Counted from the first letter of the whole stretch, positions 1 to 12,640 are shown. The stretch is 63,493 nucleotides of DNA, filler included, from Octopus bimaculoides (GCF_001194135.2; 5 parts of 5 records of this genome joined end to end with filler, not necessarily neighbours in it); one strand, 5' to 3'. Notes: generated by a model from the sequence alone, not told the origin. Numbers and translations: made by a program.

Positions 1-55
1 GTATATATGTATATATATATGTATGTGTGTATGTGTTTGTGTGTCTGTGTTTGTC

Positions 56-178
56 CCCCCAACATCGCTTGACAACCGATGCTGGTGTGTTTATGTCCCC
101 GTAACTTAGCGGTTCAGCAAAAGAGACTGATAGAATAAGTACTAGGATTCTAAAGAATAAGTTCTGGGGTCGATTTGG
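56..178 (+). mobile_element. SINE fragment (family B body)
   Basis: Body motif GTAACTTAGCGGTTC...GATAGAATAAGTACTAGG...AGAATAAGTTCTGGGGTCGATTT recurs at ~26700-26760 (+) and ~55300-55430 (-). Confidence 0.75.
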
Positions 179-253
179 GGTTTCCTGGTATCTGAGCTAG
201 GTAGTAATCAGCCCGTTTCGCTGTCATTCCCAGGGCACCTATGACAATAGGTA

Positions 254-323
<70 letters not shown>

Positions 324-368
324 CCTCATTATTATTATTATTATTATCACTATTATTATTATTATCAC

Positions 369-422
<54 letters not shown>

Positions 423-431
423 CATCATCAT
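254..431. repeat. (ATT)n microsatellite
   Basis: Direct reading; explains the poly-I/poly-L ORFs at 150-516. Confidence 0.97.
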
Positions 432-966
432 TTTAAATCCTATCTTTTCCATGTATGCATGCTTCGGTGCACGTGAGTGTGTGTGTATTTCACACAGTTA
501 TGAGCGGATAATTTGAAACGTAACATAAGTTATAATTCTAACAATACAATACAATTTTAGCTTGTGAAATGTAAAAGAATGCATTTGGTCTTTTTTTTTT
601 TTTCTTTTTTTCATCTGTGGGTAGAAACAGTGCAATCGTTCTAGCTTGTTCCAGTTCTTTCTGGAAACTCATCGGAGAACAAGTACATTCTTCATCTGCC
701 CTGAGAGACTAGTAGCTTATAGCTATTTATGGAGTACACAGATAAGGTCACAGTTTGTTTAATCAACAGAGTATACGTTTATATATTTTTACATACGGAT
801 ATTTATCTCTTCAAAACCTTTGCTATATTACTGAGTAATTTAGCAAATACAGAGCCGAAGTATCTCCTCTCTCCTTCAATCTATCTGTCTCTCTCACACT
901 CTCTCATCCATTTTCTTTCTGTCACTCTTTTGCTCTCTCACTTTCTTCCTCTTTCTCGCTTTCTTC

Positions 967-1021
<55 letters not shown>

Positions 1022-1417
1022 TCTCTCTATCTCACTCACTCTCTCTTCGATTCCCACCTTTTCATATAATCTGGTTGTTAATCCTATTATCATTAACACC
1101 ACTTAATCCAGAATCAAAGAATTCCAAGTTGAAATTCGTTAAAGTATCTGAGACTTGAATGGAGAAAGATGACTGCAAAAGAAGACATATATCTCAAGAT
1201 GCTGCAGAAAGGAATAAAACCCTATAACTTCGTTGTTGTGATGCATGTGCGTTAAGATTTAAACTGATCAAAGAGATAAATCATGTAGAGATCGATATAT
1301 TGTTATCTAATAAGTAAGTCATTGATCTCTGTTAGTTTATCATAGGTGAGTATCCAGTTGTGCGGTTAATTACACTGCTTTAGTCATTCTATTAGCGTAT
1401 AAGTACCCGAGTATTCC

Positions 1418-1799
1418 GTGGAGGCGCAATAGCCCAGTGGTTAGGGCAGCGGACTCGCGCTCACAGAATCGCGGTTTCGATTCCCAGACCGGGCGTTGTG
1501 AGTGCTTATTGAGCGAAAACACCTAACGCTCCACGAGGATCCGGCAGGGAATGGTGGCAAACCCTGCTGTACTCTTTCACCACAACTTTCTCTCGCTCTT
1601 TCTTCCTGTTTCTGTTGTGCCTGTAATTCAAAGGGCCAGCCTTGTCACGCTGTGTCACGCTGAATATCCCCGAGAACTACGTTAAGGGTACACGTGTGTG
1701 TGGAGTGCTCAGCCACTTGCACGTTAATTTCACGAGCAGGCTGTTCCGTTGATCGGATCAACTGAAGCCCTCGACGTCGTAAGCGACGGAGTGCCAACA
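1418..1799 (+). mobile_element. Full-length tRNA-derived SINE with 13-bp target-site duplication
   Basis: tRNA-like head with A box (TAGCCCAGTGG) and B box (GGTTTCGATTCCC). TSD ACCCGAGTATTCC at 1405-1417 and 1800-1812. A head-only copy lies on the minus strand at ~26440-26581. Confidence 0.9.
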
Positions 1800-1832
1800 A
1801 CCCGAGTATTCCATAGAAAAGTGTACCCCTAA

Positions 1833-2150
1833 TATAGGGTGGCCCCAAAGTCACTGGATTATTTCAACATTTAATAACTTTTATTTATTAAATATTCATA
1901 TTTATTCTTTTATAAACAATGAAACATTTTTAATTAATTTTGAAGACTAGGTCATTCAAATAGCCACCATTTTGCTCTTGACAATGGCGGAATCTTTCTA
2001 TAGAATGTTCCATCACAATTCATAATAGTTCTTGGATTATTACTGTAATTTCTTCATGGATGTTGGCTTTAAATTTCTGAATGGTCTGAGGTTTTTTCCG
2101 CACACTCTGTCTTTCAGCTATACCCGTAAGAAAAAGACTGGAGCCAGTAA
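1833..2150 (-). mobile_element. Tc1/mariner-superfamily transposon, 3' end relic
   Basis: Minus strand reads ...LKDRVCGKKPQTIQKFKANIHEEI...MEHSIERFRHCQEQNGGYLNDLVFK, a decayed transposase C-terminus. TA-flanked TIR-like end TATAGGGTGGCCCCAAAGTC at 1833. Confidence 0.7.
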
Positions 2151-2334
2151 ATTAGGTGAATGTGAAGGTAAATTGAAAACGGTCTAGTGACACCGAAAAG
2201 AAGTTATCACTAAATACGTTCAATGTCCAGTGTGTTGTGCCAAATCGCCAGCGTCCAAACAGCCACTCCCAATCAGTTCATTCCGACGTGAAAAAGCGTG
2301 ATAAGTTTATGGAATTACGGGCATAATCAGTCCG

Positions 2335-2560
2335 GCAGGCTTCAGTATAGTTTCTGTCAACGCAATTTCACTCGTAAGACTTGGTCGACTTAAGATAAGG
2401 CAGATAACACTTAAGATGACACATTAGACTTCCACAGCGTCCGTCTAACAAATTCACTCACAAGGTTTTAGTTGGCCTGAGGTTATAGTAGAAGGTACTT
2501 ACCTAAGGAAACGCGAAATGGGTTTGAACCCGAAATTACGTGGTTTACAAAGTGAGCTAC
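2335..2560 (-). mobile_element. SINE (family C) relic
   Basis: Shares AAATTCACTCACAAGG..TTGG...TATAGTAGAAG.CACTT.CC.AAGG and GAACC with copies at 36580-36730 (-), 5750-5830 (+) and 54120-54230 (+). Confidence 0.65.
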
Positions 2561-2591
2561 ACATAAACACGTTCTATAAGTGTGTGTGTGT

Positions 2592-3051
2592 GTTCCGAGT
2601 TCGAGAGTAGATCGAGGCCATCAATGTCCCCGGGGCCTCCAGTCGTTCGCTTTAACGGGCGGAATTACGTGTCGTTCTCCCGCTGGCGCCAGCTATCCTG
2701 AGGGAAACTTCAGAGGAAACCAGCTACTAGACGGCTCGATTGGTCTTTCGCCTCTACACCCGGTTGCGACGATCGATTTGCACGTCAGATGCGCTTCGGA
2801 ATTCCACCAGAGTTTCCTCTTGCTTCGTCCCAATCGGGCGTGGATCGCCATCTTTCGGGTCCCCGGCCGCCTGTTACACCTGAGTCGGAGCGAGAACGCG
2901 ACGACGCACGGAAATGCGGTCGCGAACGCGCGGACCCGACCCGGGAACGATGCTTCGAGGCGCCGCGCGCGCGCCTCGACGACGGCGCCCGGAGGTACCG
3001 GCGCCGGCGACGCGACCGACAACGTGTCACATTCTCACTTTCACTGCACCG
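2592..3051 (-). rRNA. 28S (LSU) rRNA fragment, isolated, probably non-functional
   Basis: Plus strand GCCAGCTATCCTGAGGGAAACTTC.GAGG.AACCAGCTACTAGA.GG.TCGATT.GTCTTTCGCC...GATTTGCACGTCAG...CCACCAGAGTTTCCTCT...CCATCTTTCGGGTCCC is the reverse complement of conserved LSU core; LR5 primer site at 2696-2712. It ends abruptly in (TG)n at ~2591 and runs into a gap at 3052. Confidence 0.92.
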
Positions 3052-3835
3052 NNNNNNNNNNNNNNNNNNNNNNNNNNNNNNNNNNNNNNNNNNNNNNNNN
3101 NNNNNNNNNNNNNNNNNNNNNNNNNNNNNNNNNNNNNNNNNNNNNNNNNNNNNNNNNNNNNNNNNNNNNNNNNNNNNNNNNNNNNNNNNNNNNNNNNNNN
3201 NNNNNNNNNNNNNNNNNNNNNNNNNNNNNNNNNNNNNNNNNNNNNNNNNNNNNNNNNNNNNNNNNNNNNNNNNNNNNNNNNNNNNNNNNNNNNNNNNNNN
3301 NNNNNNNNNNNNNNNNNNNNNNNNNNNNNNNNNNNNNNNNNNNNNNNNNNNNNNNNNNNNNNNNNNNNNNNNNNNNNNNNNNNNNNNNNNNNNNNNNNNN
3401 NNNNNNNNNNNNNNNNNNNNNNNNNNNNNNNNNNNNNNNNNNNNNNNNNNNNNNNNNNNNNNNNNNNNNNNNNNNNNNNNNNNNNNNNNNNNNNNNNNNN
3501 NNNNNNNNNNNNNNNNNNNNNNNNNNNNNNNNNNNNNNNNNNNNNNNNNNNNNNNNNNNNNNNNNNNNNNNNNNNNNNNNNNNNNNNNNNNNNNNNNNNN
3601 NNNNNNNNNNNNNNNNNNNNNNNNNNNNNNNNNNNNNNNNNNNNNNNNNNNNNNNNNNNNNNNNNNNNNNNNNNNNNNNNNNNNNNNNNNNNNNNNNNNN
3701 NNNNNNNNNNNNNNNNNNNNNNNNNNNNNNNNNNNNNNNNNNNNNNNNNNNNNNNNNNNNNNNNNNNNNNNNNNNNNNNNNNNNNNNNNNNNNNNNNNNN
3801 NNNNNNNNNNNNNNNNNNNNNNNNNNNNNNNNNNN

Positions 3836-3875
<40 letters not shown>

Positions 3876-4930
3876 GTGTGTGTGTGTGTTCGAAAGAGGG
3901 TGGAAAATATAAACAGAGAGAGACATACAGAAAACACTGATGCAGATCAATGAAATACATGTGATGGAAGATTATATATGTATATACATATATACATATA
4001 TAATTTAGGGATCAGCAAATATTTGCTTCACCACATACCGAAGTTCAGAAATAGCAGCTAAAAAAGCTTCTTGTTTTTGCCTTTGTGAGTTACAAGTAAT
4101 GCTATCTGTTGGAGTCTCAGCTTTTTTAGCTGCTATTTCTGAACTTCGGTATGTGGNNNNNNNNNNNNNNNNNNNNNNNNNNNNNNNNNNNNNNNNNNNN
4201 NNNNNNNNNNNNNNNNNNNNNNNNNNNNNNNNNNNNNNNNNNNNNNNNNNNNNNNNNNNNNNNNNNNNNNNNNNNNNNNNNNNNNNNNNNNNNNNNNNNN
4301 NNNNNNNNNNNNNNNNNNNNNNNNNNNNNNNNNNNNNNNNNNNNNNNNNNNNNNNNNNNNNNNNNNNNNNNNNNNNNNNNNNNNNNNNNNNNNNNNNNNN
4401 NNNNNNNNNNNNNNNNNNNNNNNNNNNNNNNNNNNNNNNNNNNNNNNNNNNNNNNNNNNNNNNNNNNNNNNNNNNNNNNNNNNNNNNNNNNNNNNNNNNN
4501 NNNNNNNNNNNNNNNNNNNNNNNNNNNNNNNNNNNNNNNNNNNNNNNNNNNNNNNNNNNNNNNNNNNNNNNNNNNNNNNNNNNNNNNNNNNNNNNNNNNN
4601 NNNNNNNNNNNNNNNNNNNNNNNNNNNNNNNTATATATATATATATGAATGTCCGTAGGTGTGTTTGTACAGACGGAGATGTAGAAAAACTAGAAAAATA
4701 CTTAAAATAAATTGCTGTTCATTTTTGTGTCTGTGTATTTATGTGTGCTGTATGGTTGGTATATGTGCGTAACGTATGTGACTGCGCTTTTGTGCGCAAA
4801 ATATATCATTGATGTTTTGTACGTGTGTGGATTTGTGAGTAATTTATGTACGTGAGCGCATAAGAGAGAGTGAGGGACAGAGAGGTGGAGAGAGAGAGTG
4901 AGAGAGAGAAATATACTCACGCATACACAC

Positions 4931-4969
<39 letters not shown>

Positions 4970-5911
4970 CTGGAAATAACGACGAGGCGAAAGAAAAGAA
5001 ATGAGAGATCAAGAGAACACGAAACTGTGAAAGACAGTGAGCAAGTAAGCGAGTGAAAGAGAGCGAGAGAGAGAGAGAGAGAGAGACAAACTGACAGACA
5101 GACAGAGAGTGAGAGAGAGAGAGTGAGAGAGAGAGAGTGAGAGAGAGAGTGAGAGAGAGAGAGAAAGAGTGAGAGAAAGAGATTCTAGTTATCAGTCGGC
5201 TGTCAACTGTCAACGAAAGGTAACCCAATGTTTGTTCAGTTGAATTTTTCGGCCTGTCACAACTTTGGTTTCGGTTCAGTTCCAACAATTTCGTTCACTT
5301 TTTTCTTTCTGAGGAGGAAGGGGGTGTATCTATTTTCAAATTTATTTTGGAGTTTTTTATTATTTTTTTGCTTAAATTGTTTTTTAATGTATTTCTTAAA
5401 TGCAATTTAATCTGTCTCCAGCTACATTGCGTTTTTGTTCTGGGGTTTTTGTTTTGCCTTTAATGTTCTTTTTATAGTTATTGCTGTTGTTTTATGGTAA
5501 GTTTGTTTTTCTTGTGTTTTTTTTTCTCTACCTTTGCTATTTGTTCATGACTTAGGCCTTTCAACATCAACAAGAATAATAATAATTGCGATTGTAACCA
5601 TAATAAATGTGATGATAATGATGATGGAAACTGGAAGAAAAATAACGGAATTCATGAAAGGAAGGAAAAACTGAACGAAGAGGCAAATATGAGACGTTAA
5701 GAATCTCTAAAGTAACTTCAAAAAATTAAACGGATATTATTACATATATAGGTTCGGCTGTGTGGTAAGAAGTTTGCTTCCCAGCCACACGTTTCCGAGT
5801 TCAGTCGCCCTGCGAGGCACCTTGGATAAATGAGATATTCAGTTTCCTTTGAGATGTGTGTCTGTGTATGTATGTATGTATGTATGTGTGTATGTATGCC
5901 ATTGTTCAGTT

Positions 5912-6240
5912 TTATTTTAAGCTTTCTTGCCAACAGAGAAAGAACCGGTTTCTAACCTAGATCCAAGGCACCTTCATTGGAATTTCAACATCAATAACTG
6001 GGTATTCTTATTTGTATGTACGTATGTGCAAATTTATGTTTTATGTATGTATTCTCATGCGTATAGTTGCATATCTAGACATACTCATATATATTTAAAT
6101 TATAAACTTCTGGAAAGTTTTACAAATTTGTACAGTTCCAGTGATGGATTGGATCTGTAATCTTCGAATTAGCTTTCTCCTTTCTGGTTTTCAGAAGCCT
6201 AATTTCTCAAGATTGGTATTTTGGCAGTGTGTTACATATC
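5912..6240 (+). repeat. Unclassified ~330-bp dispersed repeat (copy 1)
   Basis: Reverse complement of ~17750-18075 (e.g. TCTAACCTAGATCCAAGG...TTCATTGGAATTTCAAC; TTCCAGTGATGGATTGGATC). Confidence 0.8.
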
Positions 6241-6517
6241 TCAGGGCCTCAATAATTACAAGAATAAACCTGAACTTGCATGTATGTATATATGTAAAGA
6301 ATAAAGTCAGGAGATATGAGAGGTGAAGACAGATCTATTTATCCATATGACTTCTATCTGGTTATGACAGTTTCGTAACCTTCATGGAGTATTAATATCA
6401 ATACGAAAAAAAATTATACGTCTGCATCTATACGCATGCTCAGTATTATACAATACAATTGTATATTCACAAATTACTGCAAATAAAGTCTGGCCTCAAT
6501 ACTTTAACGTATCCAAC

Positions 6518-7800
6518 ATGGAAGACCCTACTAGGAACTTGCTCTTCAATGGCATAGCTTTCAGAGTCATTGGGACCTCAGTGACCCTAAGATCTATAGA
6601 TACAACCAAGGAACACCATGACATCAGAACCAGAAAATACCCGGCTGGAATTAAAGAGCCAACACCCTTCGAAGTTGACCGCTCACACTTGGTAGCGAAC
6701 GTCTACTTTCATTAGTACTCACTTTTCAAAACAAACTTAGTGATGACATAAAGAAATTTAAGTCGTCTTATAAGTAATGAATTTATTTTTCTCTATGACC
6801 AATGACCACAATGAAGTAGATAACGAAACAGATATCTTCTCCTCAATAACATAGGTAAAGGGACAAGTTACTACGATATAATTCAAGAGGCTAAACATAT
6901 CGCTGAGAAAATTAAATTAGATAAGAAAACGGAATGTCTAACAAAACAAGAGGTTTATCTTACTCTGAAAAATCACAAAGCAGACGTCGCTAATATCCCC
7001 AAATGTACATGAATAAACCCTGACTGACAATCGTTATAGGATTGATAAGTAAAATATCTTATGGAAAATTAACATTAACATAAACATTAGAAAGAAAACT
7101 CGGCTTCAACAATGGACTAACAGTATTATGGTTATTTAGAGATTTTTAATAACATTAGAAATTAGACTAAGGCAGCGAGCTGACAGAATCGTCAGCACGC
7201 TGGGTAAATTGGTCAGCAGCATTTCGACCGTCTTTATGTTCTAGGTTCAAATTCCGCCGAGGTTGTCTTTGCCTTTCATCTTTTTCGGGTTCGATAAAAA
7301 AAAGTACCAATTGAGCACTGGGGTCGATGTAATCAATTTATCCCCTCCCTCGATATTGGTGGCTTTGTGCCAAAATTTGAAATCAACATTAGAAAAAAAA
7401 CTAGTGCTAAATTTACATTTAGATTTCTGTCCTTCGATAAGGAGTTCTCAGCAAAATAAAGCTACCGAGTTCGGCGGTGAATACGCTAGCATGGCAGTAA
7501 TCATGCTTATACGCAAGCCCTTAGTCATTGATAAAGATTCAGCCTGGTTCAATAAGTTACAGCCCAGAAGTTTATTTAATGTCAGTATAGGATTTTATAG
7601 CAGTGCAAATGTGTGTGATCTTGTCGTCCTATACATATTAGAGATTCTAAATAATATGTCCGCATACTCTAGCATCGACTTCTATCAAGGTGACTAATTA
7701 GCAGTATTGCACCTTAGCGGCAGTCATATTTTAGATGTCTTTTGAAAAATCTTAATTAGTACCTTCTTTAGTTTAGTTTTCATGCACCCCTAGTCTACGA
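6518..7800 (+). mobile_element. Penelope-like element, decayed RT ORF, interrupted by a SINE
   Basis: Frameshifted translation: RTRKYPAGIKEPTPFEVD; QEAKHIAEKIKLDKKTECLTKQEVYLTLKNHK; LQQWTNS; FNVSIGFYSSANVCDLVVLYIL...DFYQGD*LAVL. These resemble PLE motifs KDHK..., FDVTMGSYDGAEVCELVG and YRDDGLA. Confidence 0.8.
7162..7384 (+). mobile_element. tRNA-derived SINE (family A) nested in the Penelope relic
   Basis: Head GGCAGCGAGCTGACAGAATCG, B box GGTTCAAATTCC, core GCCTTTCATC..TTCGGG.TCGATAAA..AGTACCA. Candidate TSD AACATTAGAAA at 7151-7161 and 7385-7395. Confidence 0.85.
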
Positions 7801-10800
7801 ACTTCTCGGTCTAATAGACTTCTTAGAATAGACCATCTGGTTCGTACTCGTTTCTCTTTAACCATCAAGTACTAATTTAGATCAGCAATATATACATATA
7901 TATATATATATATATANNNNNNNNNNNNNNNNNNNNNNNNNNNNNNNNNNNNNNNNNNNNNNNNNNNNNNNNNNNNNNNNNNNNNNNNNNNNNNNNNNNN
8001 NNNNNNNNNNNNNNNNNNNNNNNNNNNNNNNNNNNNNNNNNNNNNNNNNNNNNNNNNNNNNNNNNNNNNNNNNNNNNNNNNNNNNNNNNNNNNNNNNNNN
8101 NNNNNNNNNNNNNNNNNNNNNNNNNNNNNNNNNNNNNNNNNNNNNNNNNNNNNNNNNNNNNNNNNNNNNNNNNNNNNNNNNNNNNNNNNNNNNNNNNNNN
8201 NNNNNNNNNNNNNNNNNNNNNNNNNNNNNNNNNNNNNNNNNNNNNNNNNNNNNNNNNNNNNNNNNNNNNNNNNNNNNNNNNNNNNNNNNNNNNNNNNNNN
8301 NNNNNNNNNNNNNNNNNNNNNNNNNNNNNNNNNNNNNNNNNNNNNNNNNNNNNNNNNNNNNNNNNNNNNNNNNNNNNNNNNNNNNNNNNNNNNNNNNNNN
8401 NNNNNNNNNNNNNNNNNNNNNNNNNNNNNNNNNNNNNNNNNNNNNNNNNNNNNNNNNNNNNNNNNNNNNNNNNNNNNNNNNNNNNNNNNNNNNNNNNNNN
8501 NNNNNNNNNNNNNNNNNNNNNNNNNNNNNNNNNNNNNNNNNNNNNNNNNNNNNNNNNNNNNNNNNNNNNNNNNNNNNNNNNNNNNNNNNNNNNNNNNNNN
8601 NNNNNNNNNNNNNNNNNNNNNNNNNNNNNNNNNNNNNNNNNNNNNNNNNNNNNNNNNNNNNNNNNNNNNNNNNNNNNNNNNNNNNNNNNNNNNNNNNNNN
8701 NNNNNNNNNNNNNNNNNNNNNNNNNNNNNNNNNNNNNNNNNNNNNNNNNNNNNNNNNNNNNNNNNNNNNNNNNNNNNNNNNTATATATATATATAAACGT
8801 GAATACTTGATCTAATGGTTATAAGATAATATACAGTTATATTCACTTGTATTATAACATGAGATTGCTACATTAAAACTTACGCGTATGCACAACCATA
8901 CTAAATCATACAGAGATCAGCCATACTGGAAAATGTTATACAATTGAAGCCTGTGGATGGTGTTAACTCCAATAGTTATATGACGTGTATGAATGCTAGG
9001 TCCCATTCTATATATGTGTGTGAGACTTTAAATCTGCTTATATGGAGTGTATACGTACAAATTTATATGTGCGGAACGGCAGTGTACACGGCTGATTAGT
9101 TCCGAAAAATAGTGGTAGATATAAAAATGAGAGACAGGAGTAAGAGAAAGAACATGCATTAGACTATGGTGTTTCAGTTATCTATTATTTGCCGAGTAAT
9201 GATCCAATTAGAAGTTTTACAAACAAGTATCTCCCATCACAGCTTAGTAATTAGGCTTATTGCCGCTTCTAGAGTTCATTTTAATTATTTCCCGATGACG
9301 AATTATTCAAGAGCATCTGTAACACAATAAAATACTTACATACTGACACGCACACTAACACAAACACACACACACGCACATATATATGTGGAAATGTACA
9401 TACATTTCACGCATCAGTACATACAAGAACACATACACACAATATATATAGATACACACACACACATACATACATACATACATACATACATACATACATA
9501 CATACATACATACATACGTGTGTGTGTGTGTGTGTGTGTGTGTGTNNNNNNNNNNNNNNNNNNNNNNNNNNNNNNNNNNNNNNNNNNNNNNNNNNNNNNN
9601 NNNNNNNNNNNNNNNNNNNNNNNNNNNNNNNNNNNNNNNNNNNNNNNNNNNNNNNNNNNNNNNNNNNNNNNNNNNNNNNNNNNNNNNNNNNNNNNNNNNN
9701 NNNNNNNNNNNNNNNNNNNNNNNNNNNNNNNNNNNNNNNNNNNNNNNNNNNNNNNNNNNNNNNNNNNNNNNNNNNNNNNNNNNNNNNNNNNNNNNNNNNN
9801 NNNNNNNNNNNNNNNNNNNNNNNNNNNNNNNNNNNNNNNNNNNNNNNNNNNNNNNNNNNNNNNNNNNNNNNNNNNNNNNNNNNNNNNNNNNNNNNNNNNN
9901 NNNNNNNNNNNNNNNNNNNNNNNNNNNNNNNNNNNNNNNNNNNNNNNNNNNNNNNNNNNNNNNNNNNNNNNNNNNNNNNNNNNNNNNNNNNNNNNNNNNN
10001 NNNNNNNNNNNNNNNNNNNNNNNNNNNNNNNNNNNNNNNNNNNNNNNNNNNNNNNNNNNNNNNNNNNNNNNNNNNNNNNNNNNNNNNNNNNNNNNNNNNN
10101 NNNNNNNNNNNNNNNNNNNNNNNNNNNNNNNNNNNNNNNNNNNNNNNNNNNNNNNNNNNNNNNNNNNNNNNNNNNNNNNNNNNNNNNNNNNNNNNNNNNN
10201 NNNNNNNNNNNNNNNNNNNNNNNNNNNNNNNNNNNNNNNNNNNNNNNNNNNNNNNNNNNNNNNNNNNNNNNNNNNNNNNNNNNNNNNNNNNNNNNNNNNN
10301 NNNNNNNNNNNNNNNNNNNNNNNNNNNNNNNNNNNNNNNNNNNNNNNNNNNNNNNNNNNNNNNNNNNNNNNNNNNNNNNNNNNNNNNNNNNNNNNNNNNN
10401 NNNNNNNNNNNNNNNNNNNNNNNNNNNNNNNNNNNNNNNNNNNNNNNNNNNNNNNNNNNNNNNNNNNNNNNNNNNNNNNNNNNNNNNNNNNNNNNNNNNN
10501 NNNNNNNNNNNNNNNNNNNNNNNNNNNNNNNNNNNNNNNNTTTTTTTTTTCTTTTTTTACTTGTTTCAGTTATTCAACTGCGGCTACGCTGGGGGTACTG
10601 CATTAAGGGGGGTTTAGGCGAACACATCTACTCCAATACCAACATATTTTTCACATTCCCGTTCATCGGGATCTGTCCGACGAACGGGAACGCAAAACTA
10701 TGAGTAACAGTTCTATGATAATTTTGCAGATTTAATAAAAAGTGTATTTCTCTACCTTTGGCATTCGAGTATTATTTTTTCCACTTTGTTTTGCATTTAT

Positions 10801-10841
10801 GTGTTCATCTATGCATATATATATATATATATATATACATT

Positions 10842-11025
10842 ATATATAGTTGAAATTTATAGAAAAACAAAAGACGAAGACGTATATGAACAACAAGCAA
10901 GTGTTGACGCTCGGGAAAATGAAAAAGTCTTTTACGTTTCGAGCCTACGCTCTTCAACAGAAAGGAATAAGAGAAAATAAACACAGAGAGAGAATAAAAA
11001 AATCTTGCAGATCTAAGCGGTCCAG
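10842..11025 (+). mobile_element. Short non-autonomous element, one-armed copy
   Basis: Homologous to 19531-19770 (GAAAAACAAAAGACGAAGAC...GAAAGTCTTTTACG.TTCGA.C.TACGCTCTTC) but lacks the right inverted arm. Confidence 0.7.
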
Positions 11026-11034
11026 CATGGTGAT

Positions 11035-11296
11035 TCATTTTTCATTTTTCATTTTTCATTTTCATTTTATCTCGTTTCAGCTCATGAGCTGTGGCCATGC
11101 TGTGGCACCGCCATTTGATGTTGCTACACAATTTTACTTCACAAATTTTACTTCACGAATTGACATTTGGTGCATGAGAGAGTTTGATGCAGCTGCTCTC
11201 ATCTGCACTTCCTGCCGTAAAGTCGGTTCATCTGGGACACCTGACAGGAAGAGGTCCAGCCTCATCTTGAAGACACCTACATCCACCGCATGCAGG
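11035..11296 (-). mobile_element. CR1/L2-type LINE 3' end (ORF2 C-terminus and tail)
   Basis: Minus strand reads VGVFKMRLDLFLSGVPDEPTLRQEVQMRAAASNSLMHQ..*, followed by GGCGGTGCCACAGCATGGCCACAG and a (TGAAAA)n tail. Confidence 0.75.
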
Positions 11297-11306
11297 NNNN
11301 NNNNNN

Positions 11307-11342
<36 letters not shown>

Positions 11343-11859
11343 AAAGCCATACTTGCGCCCATTTTTTTAAATGTACAGAAACGTACGTTAATGCATTGTA
11401 ACGCTATTTTGGTCTTTAGTTTATTAATATCATTCTTGTTGTTGTTCGTGCTTTTATAAATACACTTAGTGTTTTTTTTTTCCGTCAGCAAAATTATAAT
11501 TGTGAGTACTTTTGAGATAATGCAAAAAACATGTTTAAGCCTATCTTTTACCTTTTATATTTTACATTTTACTTCTTACAGTCATTGGACAGCAGCCATG
11601 CAGGGGCACCACCATGAAGATTTTAAACAAATTAACCCCAGTACTTATATCAAGGAATGTATGTTGATAATTTGAACAGGAAATTTGAGCGACGTAACAA
11701 TGAAGTTTTAATAAAACAAAGGATGATTAGTTGTCTTCTCATCAATAATATTTCGATCTAAATTGATTGAAAATCTTACAAGCAAAGAAAGACAGCGGTG
11801 ACACAAACATATTAATCTCCGGCTGTTGAGGTAGTGCTGAAAGTCTTTGAATTCAACTA

Positions 11860-12640
11860 CTAAATGGAAGTTCCCGCTCGAGCGTTCCATAATGTACAAT
11901 CTCGATTTATTGGATACGGAAGGCCATCTAGCCAAGATGGTAGTAAACTAGTTTGTTTTCTTTTTTGCGTGTTTTTAGTGGGGGTGGGTAGGGATTCATT
12001 TAGATTAGTCCAATGGAACTACCATCATCAGCAAGTTCTTCGGTACTGAGAACAGAGCAATCTGTCGATTTACCCTGTATAATATTGAGGATTTCCATCC
12101 ATATCGAAATCCCGCCTCCTCAAAAACTTGGGCTTGGAGAGGTAATCGATTAAGGTTAGTGACCTTGATATTATAATAGTCATGAGCGCCAGGAAATCGG
12201 TCTTATAATGCTGACTCCTACTTGGCCAAAACGGAAGGTTACTTGTTCATCATCTCAGTAGATGAGTTGAGGTCACGAATCTCGTTGATTATTTATCCTG
12301 AGTAGCTTCAAGAAGTGCACGTCTCTTAATAGTTTGGGCTTTACAGAGACGATGGGCTGGCAGCTTCTAATAATATAAATAGTCATTCCATAGAGAAACT
12401 TAGGGAGAAGTTACTAGAATATTCAAGAAGTTTGGCTTAAACGTAACTATCATCTTCCATCTAACAGCAATCAGTTTCTTGGATATTAATTTAGAGTTCT
12501 ACGAGGGCAAGGAAGAAATATTTCTATAGAAAGCATAAAGAGGAACCTGTATTTATTCATAGGAATTCCAGTGATCCTTCACTCTGAAATTAAAAACTCG
12601 GTGGTCTAAATCAGTCGAAAAATCTCCCTTTCAGTGTTTG
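11860..12640 (+). mobile_element. Penelope-like element RT relic
   Basis: DIIIVMSARKSVL; GLYRDDGLAA (YRDD at 12342-12353); FKKFGLNVTI..SFLDINL; YRKHKEEPVFIHRNSS. Several frameshifts. Confidence 0.85.

Noticed and set aside
150-516. Poly-I and poly-L membrane-like ORFs
   Set aside because: Translations of an (ATT)n microsatellite.
1418-1495. tRNA gene candidates (also 24295-24375, 26500-26581 and 13050-13110)
   Set aside because: They have A/B boxes but no complete cloverleaf, and they continue into SINE bodies.
2580-3050. GC-rich overlapping ORFs on both strands
   Set aside because: The sequence is 28S rRNA; high GC suppresses stop codons.
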